A stretch of DNA of 64,000 nucleotides from positions 128,001 through 192,000 of IMG/VR virus record IMGVR_UViG_3300028591_000075; one strand, 5' to 3'. Positions 46,316-55,397 of the stretch are shown in pieces (position 1 is the first letter of the stretch; each line of letters starts with the position of its first letter). This DNA is from a virus (Duplodnaviria > Caudoviricetes). A program made the position numbers and the translations under genes. The notes under the pieces are model-generated. The model made no database searches, was not told where the DNA came from, and worked only from the letters and a program-made list of their open reading frames with translations.

Positions 46316-49300
46316 ATGGATTATACGGTTGAGGACAAAACAGGGATACAGGAATATGTGACCCATCGCCCATTGGGGCATTCGGAGGCCGTTGCCACCG
46401 ATGAGCATGGCGTATATCCGGTAAACCCTATTGGGTTCCCGTATGTCAATACTTGTGACGATGATGTCGAATGCCTAAGTAAGGGCAACCCGGAATTTCC
46501 GCAAGGAAAGAACTTTGGTGTATCCTGGGACAGCTTGCGTCCGGAAGGTATAAACCCTGCCGTCGTTTCCACTAATGTAGCGGAATTGAACGGTCTTGGG
46601 CTTACGGTTCCGGTTGAAATCCTCAGGACGGAATCCTTTGGCGACACTGAACAGGTCTATACGATAACCGTTTCCGGGAACATCAGAAACCTGCTCGACC
46701 CGGACCCGAATATGGGCGTGTCCCGGCATCGTTTCTATTTGGCTGATGCCGGGTTTGAGAAGTATTCCATCACCAAATTGGTTGGTGAAGATGATGCACC
46801 GGTATATTACTCTGCGACGAATACTGCCTTGGATGATAACGGCAATACCGTAATTACATTTGAGGCCTCGGACGCTACAGTTAGGGGAACTATCGGGCCC
46901 ATGCGTCTCAATCTCGTGGTTGATATGGAAACCGGGGAATACATTCTTCTCACCGGTCAGAAAGTTAAGGGCGAAAATGGACTGTACCTCGTGCAGGACG
47001 ATATTTGGCCACGTCTGGCCCCAGTCACCTGGTATGACGGTAGCGAACAACTGTCCGCTTATTGTGACTGCCACATTACAGATGAGAATGCGGAAGAAGG
47101 TGACGACACGTGTGAAGGATACAATGGTGGGAAAAATCCATATTGCAGCATCGCGTCTTTGGACAACTCCCCGACCTGTGGACATTACCGTCATGGATAC
47201 AGTGACCGCGAGGTTGCCGAGGAAGTCATGGCACGTTGCGGTAGCATCATCGAGAATGCCATTCATCCGATGTCGGTTGCCGGTGACCTTGCTGGTGCAG
47301 GCCGCATGACAAAGTGGTTCGTTGAATGTGGAAAAGTCAACCTCGGCGGTTCCAGCAACGGTGGTCGACAGGTAGTGATTGATGGGTTTGGGCTCGGTGG
47401 TGCTTATAGTGGCGAATGCACTTACGGTAGCCAGTGTGGTGGGATCCATAAACGGACCGAAGCTTCCGATGGTGAGACTGAACGCCCATGGCTAGTCTTT
47501 GCGATAGGTGCTCGCCGCCCAGAAGATGATCCCGAAGTGGTATTGCCTTATGACTGGCCATTTTCGAATGTAAGCGATTATGCCGGGGACGAAAATGACA
47601 ACAACATTACCCTGATAAAGAACGCAGTGACTTTGACCGACGATTCCACAGTTGGTGGGTTGGAAACCGATATCTATGCGAAATGTGAAAAATGCGATGG
47701 CACCGGTGAATTTGATGGCCATGTCTGTCCGGTGTGTGATGGTGATGGGGAAGTTTTTGTCAGCCACAGTTTGGCAAACAGGATACATCTTTGTGTAAAC
47801 AATGATTTTCAGACAAAGAATGGTTCATTGGTATTCAAAAAGACCTACGTGCATTTGCCTGCTCCGATTGATACCAAGGATGGCGAAGAATATGAAATTA
47901 CCGTATCGATGCCTACATTCAATACGGAAGAAGCGTTTAGCGACCTGAGTCCAATCGATGCACAACGTGCCTACTATGCGTTCATTTCGCAGCCGCGTGT
48001 TATCGTCATGGGCGGCTACTGGAAGTTCAGTGATACCAATTTAACTTGGAGTCTTCCGCTCGATGCAAAGCCAAAAACGGATGGTTTCATTATTCCTTCC
48101 GAAGAAGGCATTCGTGACAAGGAAGGTAAACTGCTTCCGGTTGGTACCAAGCTACGGTTTACGTTCGACGGTGGCAATAACTGCCCTCGCTATGCGGACA
48201 TGAATGGTACATTGTTGGTAAATCAGTCGGGACTGGTAAGAATCGGCGATTTGGCCAATTATCCATATGGAAATCGTCTCCGTGATCGTCATTTCAGAAT
48301 ATGCGGCATGGCATACCTTGATCGTTATGACAAGGAACAGGCTGAACTGAACAATTACTGCAAAACCCCTCTTGGATTGCATTCCAGAAACGATGTTACG
48401 CTCGGCGAGGATATGGGTACCGGCGGTGAACAGTCGTTGAACCACATGAACAAGTTCATCGCCCCCATCGAAACGGATGAAGTGCGACCAGGTCGAGACT
48501 ACGTGACCGAGAAGGATGCCCGCCAAGTTCTGGCTACCGTGTACCCGACGACTACCAGCACGTTCCCGTGGTCAATGGTCGGACGTAACAAGTTGAGACA
48601 TCTTGATGAACTGATGACTGACGAATGGGACCTTGGGCAGCATTCTGTTTCCAAACTAATATGGAAATCTAATAGGGATGTTCTCAACAGAACTGATACG
48701 GTGGCATTCTTTGGTTATGGCGCCGGCAAGTTTAAGTTCTCTTCCGATTCGATGCCGCTTCGCTATGCGGTTGAGAATGTCGATGCCGATGTATCGGTGA
48801 TAGGTGCCCAGTTGCGTGTGACCATTCCTACGGATAATACCTTCCCGGTGTCCGCACAGCCGGTGCGTCAAGCCAGAAAGGCCGCCAAGATGCTATGCGA
48901 GGATTTCCAGAAGCTGCGCATGTACCATGGCTCGCTACCCGGTCTGTCCGGCAGTTCCTTGTTGCGGTATTCAGACGATGGCATCGATACTCCGTTGAAT
49001 AGTGGTAAATTCAATGATTGGTGGCTTGATTCCACGTCGGAAAAACCTTCCGAACCGGTTAAGGAGAACGATGTTGCAAGTGCGGCATGGCTTATAAAGG
49101 CACGGCATTTGCCAAAATACATTATCACGTCCGGGATGGACGAATATAGCGATATGAACTCGTTGGTTGGGTTCGATCCATTTGTCGACACGAATGTGGG
49201 TGGCCGTTATGCCAAGAACCCGTATGGCAACACTGAATACGAGACTTCTGATGCCACCGACAACATACCCTGTACCGAACGTATATACGGAAATCCGGCT

Positions 49301-50836
49301 GCATATGGCTTCCGTAGCATCATTACGGCACGTATTGAAAGCGATGCGGACGCTGTCCGTCACGAGATGTATCACGATGCCCTTAGGGCAACTGAGTTGC
49401 AACATGTGGCCCTCGATGAACATTTCAACCCAGTCGAACCGTATAGCTACCTAGTGTCCTCGACCGATTACGAGAAATGGATGGACATATTCTCCGCTAC
49501 GGCGAACGTGTTTTCAATCGATACTGTTCCGACCACCGGAAACGTTGATATGTCCGAATTTGCCAATCTGCATCCTGAACAGTATCCAATTATATCCGGC
49601 GATCCGTTCGTAATGTATCTCATCCTGAATTCCGACAAAATTGCCGGCCTGGATACGGTAAGCGACAACCTTCCGTTCTATGACAGCGAGTTCCCCAAGT
49701 CGGATGCGCTGACTAGCATGCTGCGTAATTTTGTCACCCCGTATAGTTCCAAGATGGCACTCAGGTGGTGGGATTCGCATCGTATCGCTTTCCCTGTTTC
49801 GGGAAATATCAGTGACTATGAGTCCAACTTCACATATAGGTCTAGGCTTGAATGGCCAGAAGCCGAATGTGACGGTGGACTGGGTGCAGATGTGCGCAGT
49901 GCCATGGTGAACGATACGTTCATATCTAGGTCAGCCAGGAGCAATATCCTAGACCCGAACTGGAACCGTGTGCTGCTATCCGAGGGAAACACCGTTTACA
50001 TGCACAATAATTGGAGTGCATCTCCAATGAAGGTGGACCGTGCATGGTATAACAGAGTACCCTTTGTCGCAACTGACCGGCGGTTTGTCGGCCCAAGTGG
50101 TTATATCCGCGTCCTCATGAAGTTCAAGTTCTCCGTGCAGGCGGGTAGATGGTACCCGGTGGATTATATACAGGCTCCGATGTCCTACCTGTCCCCGTTG
50201 TATGGCGCCGCTGCCATAGAGGAAAAACTGGACGGAAAACGCATCTGGGTAGAATCCATGTGTGCCCCGTGCGGCGGATGGCAGGAAGCACTGATGCATC
50301 CGTACTTCAAGTACGCACCCATGGATATAAATACTCAGGTTGTTCCCGGACTGATTAGTGGAACCCCAACCGGTGGTGCTGCACAGGAAAACAGTGTTGA
50401 CCTGGAAACGAGTACGACATGTTTGCCGAGATTGGCACGTCCATACATGTCCGTAGCTGGTGGGGGTCTTGGGTTGAGTGCACCTATTGATGTGAACGGT
50501 TCCCGTCCTTCCGATGAAGCCGTTACGGGAATGACACATGCGAACTTCTGGAGCGTAAGGACCCACTTGCGCCCAGCGGTCTCTGCCATGGAAGGCACCG
50601 ACATACCCGGATTCGGATATGTAAACGACGCCAGGGTAATGGACCGCACAGGAGGTGTGATGGGCGATGCCGTCCTGTGGGGACAGTATAGTTTCCCGAA
50701 GAAGGGCATCATTGAATACGGAATTCCCGACGCCCAGCAGGGCGAGGATGATTCCTGGGTCAAGTTAATTTACAGCTATGGTGACGATGTCATCATGTCT
50801 GACGACAGCTATGTTGAGGTAACAGAATGGCAGTAA
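46316..50836 (+). CDS. Large virion structural protein with internal DnaJ-type zinc ribbon
   Basis: GEYILLTGQ...ENGLYLV...W module; CEKCDGTG......CPVCDGDG. Confidence 0.65.
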   Translation: MDYTVEDKTGIQEYVTHRPLGHSEAVATDEHGVYPVNPIGFPYVNTCDDDVECLSKGNPEFPQGKNFGVSWDSLRPEGINPAVVSTNVAELNGLGLTVPVEILRTESFGDTEQVYTITVSGNIRNLLDPDPNMGVSRHRFYLADAGFEKYSITKLVGEDDAPVYYSATNTALDDNGNTVITFEASDATVRGTIGPMRLNLVVDMETGEYILLTGQKVKGENGLYLVQDDIWPRLAPVTWYDGSEQLSAYCDCHITDENAEEGDDTCEGYNGGKNPYCSIASLDNSPTCGHYRHGYSDREVAEEVMARCGSIIENAIHPMSVAGDLAGAGRMTKWFVECGKVNLGGSSNGGRQVVIDGFGLGGAYSGECTYGSQCGGIHKRTEASDGETERPWLVFAIGARRPEDDPEVVLPYDWPFSNVSDYAGDENDNNITLIKNAVTLTDDSTVGGLETDIYAKCEKCDGTGEFDGHVCPVCDGDGEVFVSHSLANRIHLCVNNDFQTKNGSLVFKKTYVHLPAPIDTKDGEEYEITVSMPTFNTEEAFSDLSPIDAQRAYYAFISQPRVIVMGGYWKFSDTNLTWSLPLDAKPKTDGFIIPSEEGIRDKEGKLLPVGTKLRFTFDGGNNCPRYADMNGTLLVNQSGLVRIGDLANYPYGNRLRDRHFRICGMAYLDRYDKEQAELNNYCKTPLGLHSRNDVTLGEDMGTGGEQSLNHMNKFIAPIETDEVRPGRDYVTEKDARQVLATVYPTTTSTFPWSMVGRNKLRHLDELMTDEWDLGQHSVSKLIWKSNRDVLNRTDTVAFFGYGAGKFKFSSDSMPLRYAVENVDADVSVIGAQLRVTIPTDNTFPVSAQPVRQARKAAKMLCEDFQKLRMYHGSLPGLSGSSLLRYSDDGIDTPLNSGKFNDWWLDSTSEKPSEPVKENDVASAAWLIKARHLPKYIITSGMDEYSDMNSLVGFDPFVDTNVGGRYAKNPYGNTEYETSDATDNIPCTERIYGNPAAYGFRSIITARIESDADAVRHEMYHDALRATELQHVALDEHFNPVEPYSYLVSSTDYEKWMDIFSATANVFSIDTVPTTGNVDMSEFANLHPEQYPIISGDPFVMYLILNSDKIAGLDTVSDNLPFYDSEFPKSDALTSMLRNFVTPYSSKMALRWWDSHRIAFPVSGNISDYESNFTYRSRLEWPEAECDGGLGADVRSAMVNDTFISRSARSNILDPNWNRVLLSEGNTVYMHNNWSASPMKVDRAWYNRVPFVATDRRFVGPSGYIRVLMKFKFSVQAGRWYPVDYIQAPMSYLSPLYGAAAIEEKLDGKRIWVESMCAPCGGWQEALMHPYFKYAPMDINTQVVPGLISGTPTGGAAQENSVDLETSTTCLPRLARPYMSVAGGGLGLSAPIDVNGSRPSDEAVTGMTHANFWSVRTHLRPAVSAMEGTDIPGFGYVNDARVMDRTGGVMGDAVLWGQYSFPKKGIIEYGIPDAQQGEDDSWVKLIYSYGDDVIMSDDSYVEVTEWQ

Positions 50837-53800
50837 AGGTCAAAAAACAGCGAATAGTCGACACTCCGACAACAGCTACCAAGATGGACTTCGTCGGTTC
50901 CAACTTCATTCTCTTGGATGGTGATGAAGGAAGCAAGAAGGTACCCATGGACCTTCTGGCTGACCGCATGATATATGTGGAACCGGAAGGTACGGTCGAA
51001 GGCGATACCATGACGGTAACTTTGGCCGACTATACTTATAGCAAGTTCGCTGTTCCGGGAACGGTAGCCGAACTCGTCCTGGTAATGGAACACATCGATT
51101 CCGAGGTGAATGCACCGGTGGCCGAAGCCGCGTTCGAGTTCACGCTGCCTGAGATTTCGGCGCTGGAAAAGGTGACTGTTCAGGAGCCGGAAGGTGTCAC
51201 CTGTACTGAGTTCAGCCCCATGGATTGGCCGGGAACATGTACCTACCAGGGAACGGTGACCAACGGTATAGCTACCATAATCGGATATACCGGTGAAACC
51301 GAAGATCCGTTGAACCCATTGGGTCTTCCTGATAGGACCATTCGCGTAAAGTTCAATACGACAGAACCTACTATTGACGAACGATGGGACGCTTCTTTGG
51401 TGGAAAGTTCCGGTGGAACGAGCGTCTGGGATATCACGTATGACTCGGATGATTGGGAATATCTCCTTAGAAACAGGAGTGACCTGATAGCAGTGTTAGG
51501 GGCAAACACGTCGACCGTCACCAACATGAAATGTCTATTCCAGGGTAGCAGCAACCTCTCATCGATTGCATTGTTTGATACATCCAATGTGGAAAACATG
51601 TGTGCCGCGTTCCAGAACACGAAAATCTCATCGTTTGATGGATTTGATCTTTCTAGCGTGACGAACATGGCATATGCATTTTCGTATTGTTCCGAGCTCG
51701 TATCGTTTAATGTGAAGAATACGCCTAATCTTCGAGTAGCCAAGGCAATGTTCACATACTGTCCCAAGCTCACGGAAGTGTTCATTGACACGAGTAAGGT
51801 GAGCGATCTTGAATATATGTTCCAGTCATGTACTAGCTTGGTGTCTGGACCGGATATCGATACATCGTCATGTACATCCATGAAACAGATGTTTGATGGA
51901 TGCACCAGTCTTACTAGTATTCCAGCCTACGATACATCTAATGTGACGAACATGTATGGGATGTTGTGGAATTGTTCCAGTTTAACCACAGTACCCGAGT
52001 TCAATACAGCGAAAGCGACAAACATGGAATACATGTTCAGCGACTGTTCAAGTCTTATTGATGCGCCAGTAATGGATACATCCAATGTGAATAACATGAA
52101 GTACATGTTCCAGGATTGCACTGCATTGAAAACTGTTCCGGCGTATGATACTACGTCCTTAGCGGAATGCACAAGCATGTTCAATAATGCTGGTATTGAA
52201 TCCACACCGGAGATGGACTTCCAGAATATCAAGGACCTTTCCGGGTTGTTCCAAGGTTGTACCTCACTCAAGACCATCAGCGACATGACGTTCAAGAAGA
52301 CAGTTAATGTCAACTACATGTTCAGTGGTTGTAAAAATGTTGAAAGTGGTGCATTGGAAGTATATTCTACGATGCTTACCAATACCAAGCTAGTAAATCA
52401 CATTGATACGTTCAAAGACTGCGGGTTGGATACTGAAAGCGGGCATTCCGATTTGGAAGATATTATGGCATCATATGGTGGCCTTCTTGATATTGCACCC
52501 AATACACTGAGATGCAAGTTTGCAGCAGGAACTGAACCAGCATCCTACTACTCGGCTACAATGACCTGCGTTGATGCCGAACAAAATATATGGGATATGA
52601 CACGCGATAGTGTTTCATTAACCAGTTTCATGTATGGTATAACAAATTTAATAGAAGTCATAGGCGGTAATTTGCCCGACGTAACGTCGTTATCGTATAC
52701 ATTCTGTGACTGTTCGAACCTTCAAAAAGTGGGTAAACTCCGCACGGGTAAACAATTATACGCTACTCAGCGTATGTTTGCCGGGTGTTCTAATTTAACA
52801 TCAGTATCATGGTTTGATACCTCAACTGTTACTAATATGGAGGGTATGTTCTTACTGTGTCATGTTCTGCCATCCATTCCCAACCTTGATATGTCGAAGG
52901 CAACTACTACGGGAGGTATGTTTTGGCATTGCTACGAGTTAAATGAGAATCTACCGGAATTCAATTTGGAAAATGCCACAGACGTTAGTTACATGTTTAA
53001 CCACTGTACCTCGTTGGAATCGGTGTCATTAAAAAATTGTGGGCAGGTAGTTAATGCGGAAGGTCTGTTCTGTGCTTGCTACGAAATACGTGATATATCA
53101 GCAGAAAACTTGCATCCGGTAAACGCACTCAAGATGTTTAGTGAATGCTCTAGCTTGGCAGAATTGCCTGATATAGATTTTACTGATTGCACCAATGCAA
53201 CAGAAACTTTCTGTGGATGTACCGCTTTAACGGAGGCTTCTCTAGTTCTTACTTCGGTACAGAACATGCAATCTATGTTTAAGGATTGCACTTCGTTAAC
53301 AAGTGTGTCACTAACCGGAACGAGCAGTACAACCAACATGCGTACAGCGTTTGCTAATTGTACGTCTTTGGTCGAAGTACCGGAATTGACCACTGATGCG
53401 GTAACGGATGTAACAAGCATATTCAGTGGGTGTCGCAGTGTTGAAAGCGGAGCGTTAGCCTTGTATCAGCAACTTTCTACACAGGCCAATCCGCCTACCG
53501 CGTACTATGGTGCGTTCTCTAATTGCGGAATAGATACGGAAACCGGTGCAGCTGATTTGGAGCAGATACCTGTTCTTTGGGGCGGAAATGGTGGAGAATA
53601 CACCGAATTGGTGAACCTTAGGGACGTAGATGATACCATACGACTTAACCGAAATATTGGAACGGTGACCATTCTAGTGGACGGCAATCCAATTCTGACA
53701 AATTCCACGACAAGCCATTATATCTTTGCTGTACCGGCAAATGGCACGGTGCGTATAATTGGGGCCAAGTATAATGATCCGTATGGTGGTAATAATACGG

Positions 53801-55281
53801 GTGACAGTTTCACCAACGCTCCGGGAATCATACAGCAAAATGGCGATGCAACGGATTCAAGTTTTAGACTGACAAAATTGGATCCGAATGTTCTGTATAA
53901 GCCAAATTATGCGCCTAACTTATTCTTCAGTAGTCCAATATCGGAAATTGCTTCACTTGATATGATTAACTATGAGAATATAGTTGGCATTTTTGGTTCA
54001 TCTTATGGTCCGTCTAATCTTACATCGTTGCCGAGAGTTGGTACACTAAACAAGGTAAAATATGCAAACAACGCATTCCAGTATACCACCAAGATACAGG
54101 GAAAACCATTTGACTCATTTACCGTATTTTCTGTATTGGAATCTGCCCGCTCAATGTTCGCAAGATCTAGCATAGAAGAATTACCTGATTCATTTGATGG
54201 TTTGCAAACGCTGAAATACGCAACGGACATGTTTTCGATGACTAACATTCGTTCTATACCATCATTTGCGGGCCTAGAAAATGTTGAACAGGTTTATTCT
54301 ATGTTTGCAAACTGTAAGAATTTGACGACGGTCAACGCTTCGTTCAAGGATTTGGGCAAGAATAAGACAAATATCCAGGCTTATTCTTTCTTATCTACTT
54401 GTCCAAAGTTGACACATTTTACCATTGATGATGATTTTATGGAATTCTTGAATCGAACGACCGGCAACATTCAAGACTTCTGGTCTTCTTGTGTAAACCT
54501 GGACAATGCGTATGATATTTATCAGGCACTTACAGTCAAATATGGTGTCAACGGAAACTCCAATACCAGGGATTCACTTTCTCGTTGTATAGGCGATAGT
54601 CGGTATAGCCAGATACCAGCTGGTTATGCCTTACAGCCGACAGCATATTATGTTCAGGCGACGTATAAATTTAATGGAGTAGATGACACGTTCAATCCGT
54701 ATTATTGCTATTCAAATTCAGCTACGAAAGGACTGTGGGAGCATGTAGGCACGAATACCTGGACATACACCGATTATACGACGAGTGCGAATGATAGCAC
54801 ATATGGCTATAAGCCATACTTACCGTATGATTATAGCTTTGATCTAACGGACTATCCTAATCTGTCGTATAAGATCGAGAACATTACCGGAAATCTATAT
54901 GTCCCGGCGGGCTCCTGGAACCTGAGATCATTGTGTGAAGAAATATCTGACAGTGCATGCGATTATATCTACACATATTACTCTCACTTCAACAACGGTC
55001 CGAGTGCAATGTCATTCAGTGGAAATAAGAAATTGAAAAAAATACCGAATATTCGGTACCGTCCGGAAATCATACATGGATACCGCAGCGGTTCCGAATA
55101 CCATATCGGCTGTGATTACATGTTCCAAAATTGCGAAAATGTGGAATCCGGCATAACCGAAATGTACAATTATCTGAAAGATGCCGGATTTAGGACGCAT
55201 AGCCGTTGCTTCTATAATTGTGGAACAAACACAGTTTCTGGCGCAGCGGAGCTTGAAGATGTTTCATATGACTGGAAATAG
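50827..55281 (+). CDS. DUF285/BspA-like leucine-rich repeat protein with four capped modules; putative receptor-binding adhesin
   Basis: Many DTS.VTNM..MF..C.SL repeats; C..VESG...Y...F.NCG..T..G...L..I caps. Confidence 0.85.
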   Translation: MAVKVKKQRIVDTPTTATKMDFVGSNFILLDGDEGSKKVPMDLLADRMIYVEPEGTVEGDTMTVTLADYTYSKFAVPGTVAELVLVMEHIDSEVNAPVAEAAFEFTLPEISALEKVTVQEPEGVTCTEFSPMDWPGTCTYQGTVTNGIATIIGYTGETEDPLNPLGLPDRTIRVKFNTTEPTIDERWDASLVESSGGTSVWDITYDSDDWEYLLRNRSDLIAVLGANTSTVTNMKCLFQGSSNLSSIALFDTSNVENMCAAFQNTKISSFDGFDLSSVTNMAYAFSYCSELVSFNVKNTPNLRVAKAMFTYCPKLTEVFIDTSKVSDLEYMFQSCTSLVSGPDIDTSSCTSMKQMFDGCTSLTSIPAYDTSNVTNMYGMLWNCSSLTTVPEFNTAKATNMEYMFSDCSSLIDAPVMDTSNVNNMKYMFQDCTALKTVPAYDTTSLAECTSMFNNAGIESTPEMDFQNIKDLSGLFQGCTSLKTISDMTFKKTVNVNYMFSGCKNVESGALEVYSTMLTNTKLVNHIDTFKDCGLDTESGHSDLEDIMASYGGLLDIAPNTLRCKFAAGTEPASYYSATMTCVDAEQNIWDMTRDSVSLTSFMYGITNLIEVIGGNLPDVTSLSYTFCDCSNLQKVGKLRTGKQLYATQRMFAGCSNLTSVSWFDTSTVTNMEGMFLLCHVLPSIPNLDMSKATTTGGMFWHCYELNENLPEFNLENATDVSYMFNHCTSLESVSLKNCGQVVNAEGLFCACYEIRDISAENLHPVNALKMFSECSSLAELPDIDFTDCTNATETFCGCTALTEASLVLTSVQNMQSMFKDCTSLTSVSLTGTSSTTNMRTAFANCTSLVEVPELTTDAVTDVTSIFSGCRSVESGALALYQQLSTQANPPTAYYGAFSNCGIDTETGAADLEQIPVLWGGNGGEYTELVNLRDVDDTIRLNRNIGTVTILVDGNPILTNSTTSHYIFAVPANGTVRIIGAKYNDPYGGNNTGDSFTNAPGIIQQNGDATDSSFRLTKLDPNVLYKPNYAPNLFFSSPISEIASLDMINYENIVGIFGSSYGPSNLTSLPRVGTLNKVKYANNAFQYTTKIQGKPFDSFTVFSVLESARSMFARSSIEELPDSFDGLQTLKYATDMFSMTNIRSIPSFAGLENVEQVYSMFANCKNLTTVNASFKDLGKNKTNIQAYSFLSTCPKLTHFTIDDDFMEFLNRTTGNIQDFWSSCVNLDNAYDIYQALTVKYGVNGNSNTRDSLSRCIGDSRYSQIPAGYALQPTAYYVQATYKFNGVDDTFNPYYCYSNSATKGLWEHVGTNTWTYTDYTTSANDSTYGYKPYLPYDYSFDLTDYPNLSYKIENITGNLYVPAGSWNLRSLCEEISDSACDYIYTYYSHFNNGPSAMSFSGNKKLKKIPNIRYRPEIIHGYRSGSEYHIGCDYMFQNCENVESGITEMYNYLKDAGFRTHSRCFYNCGTNTVSGAAELEDVSYDWK

Positions 55282-55308
55282 GCCGGTCCATGAATTGCAT
55301 CATTTCAC

Positions 55309-55335
55309 AAGGAGCGGGTTGAACCCGCTCCTTTT
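55309..55335 (+). terminator. Intrinsic terminator ending the fibre operon
   Basis: Inverted repeat AAGGAGCGGG / CCCGCTCCTT followed by TT. Confidence 0.85.
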
Positions 55336-55397
55336 ATGTATACTGTATAAGCATGTCAAATGATATAGTTTTGCGGTAACTTAGGAACCCGGTTGCC

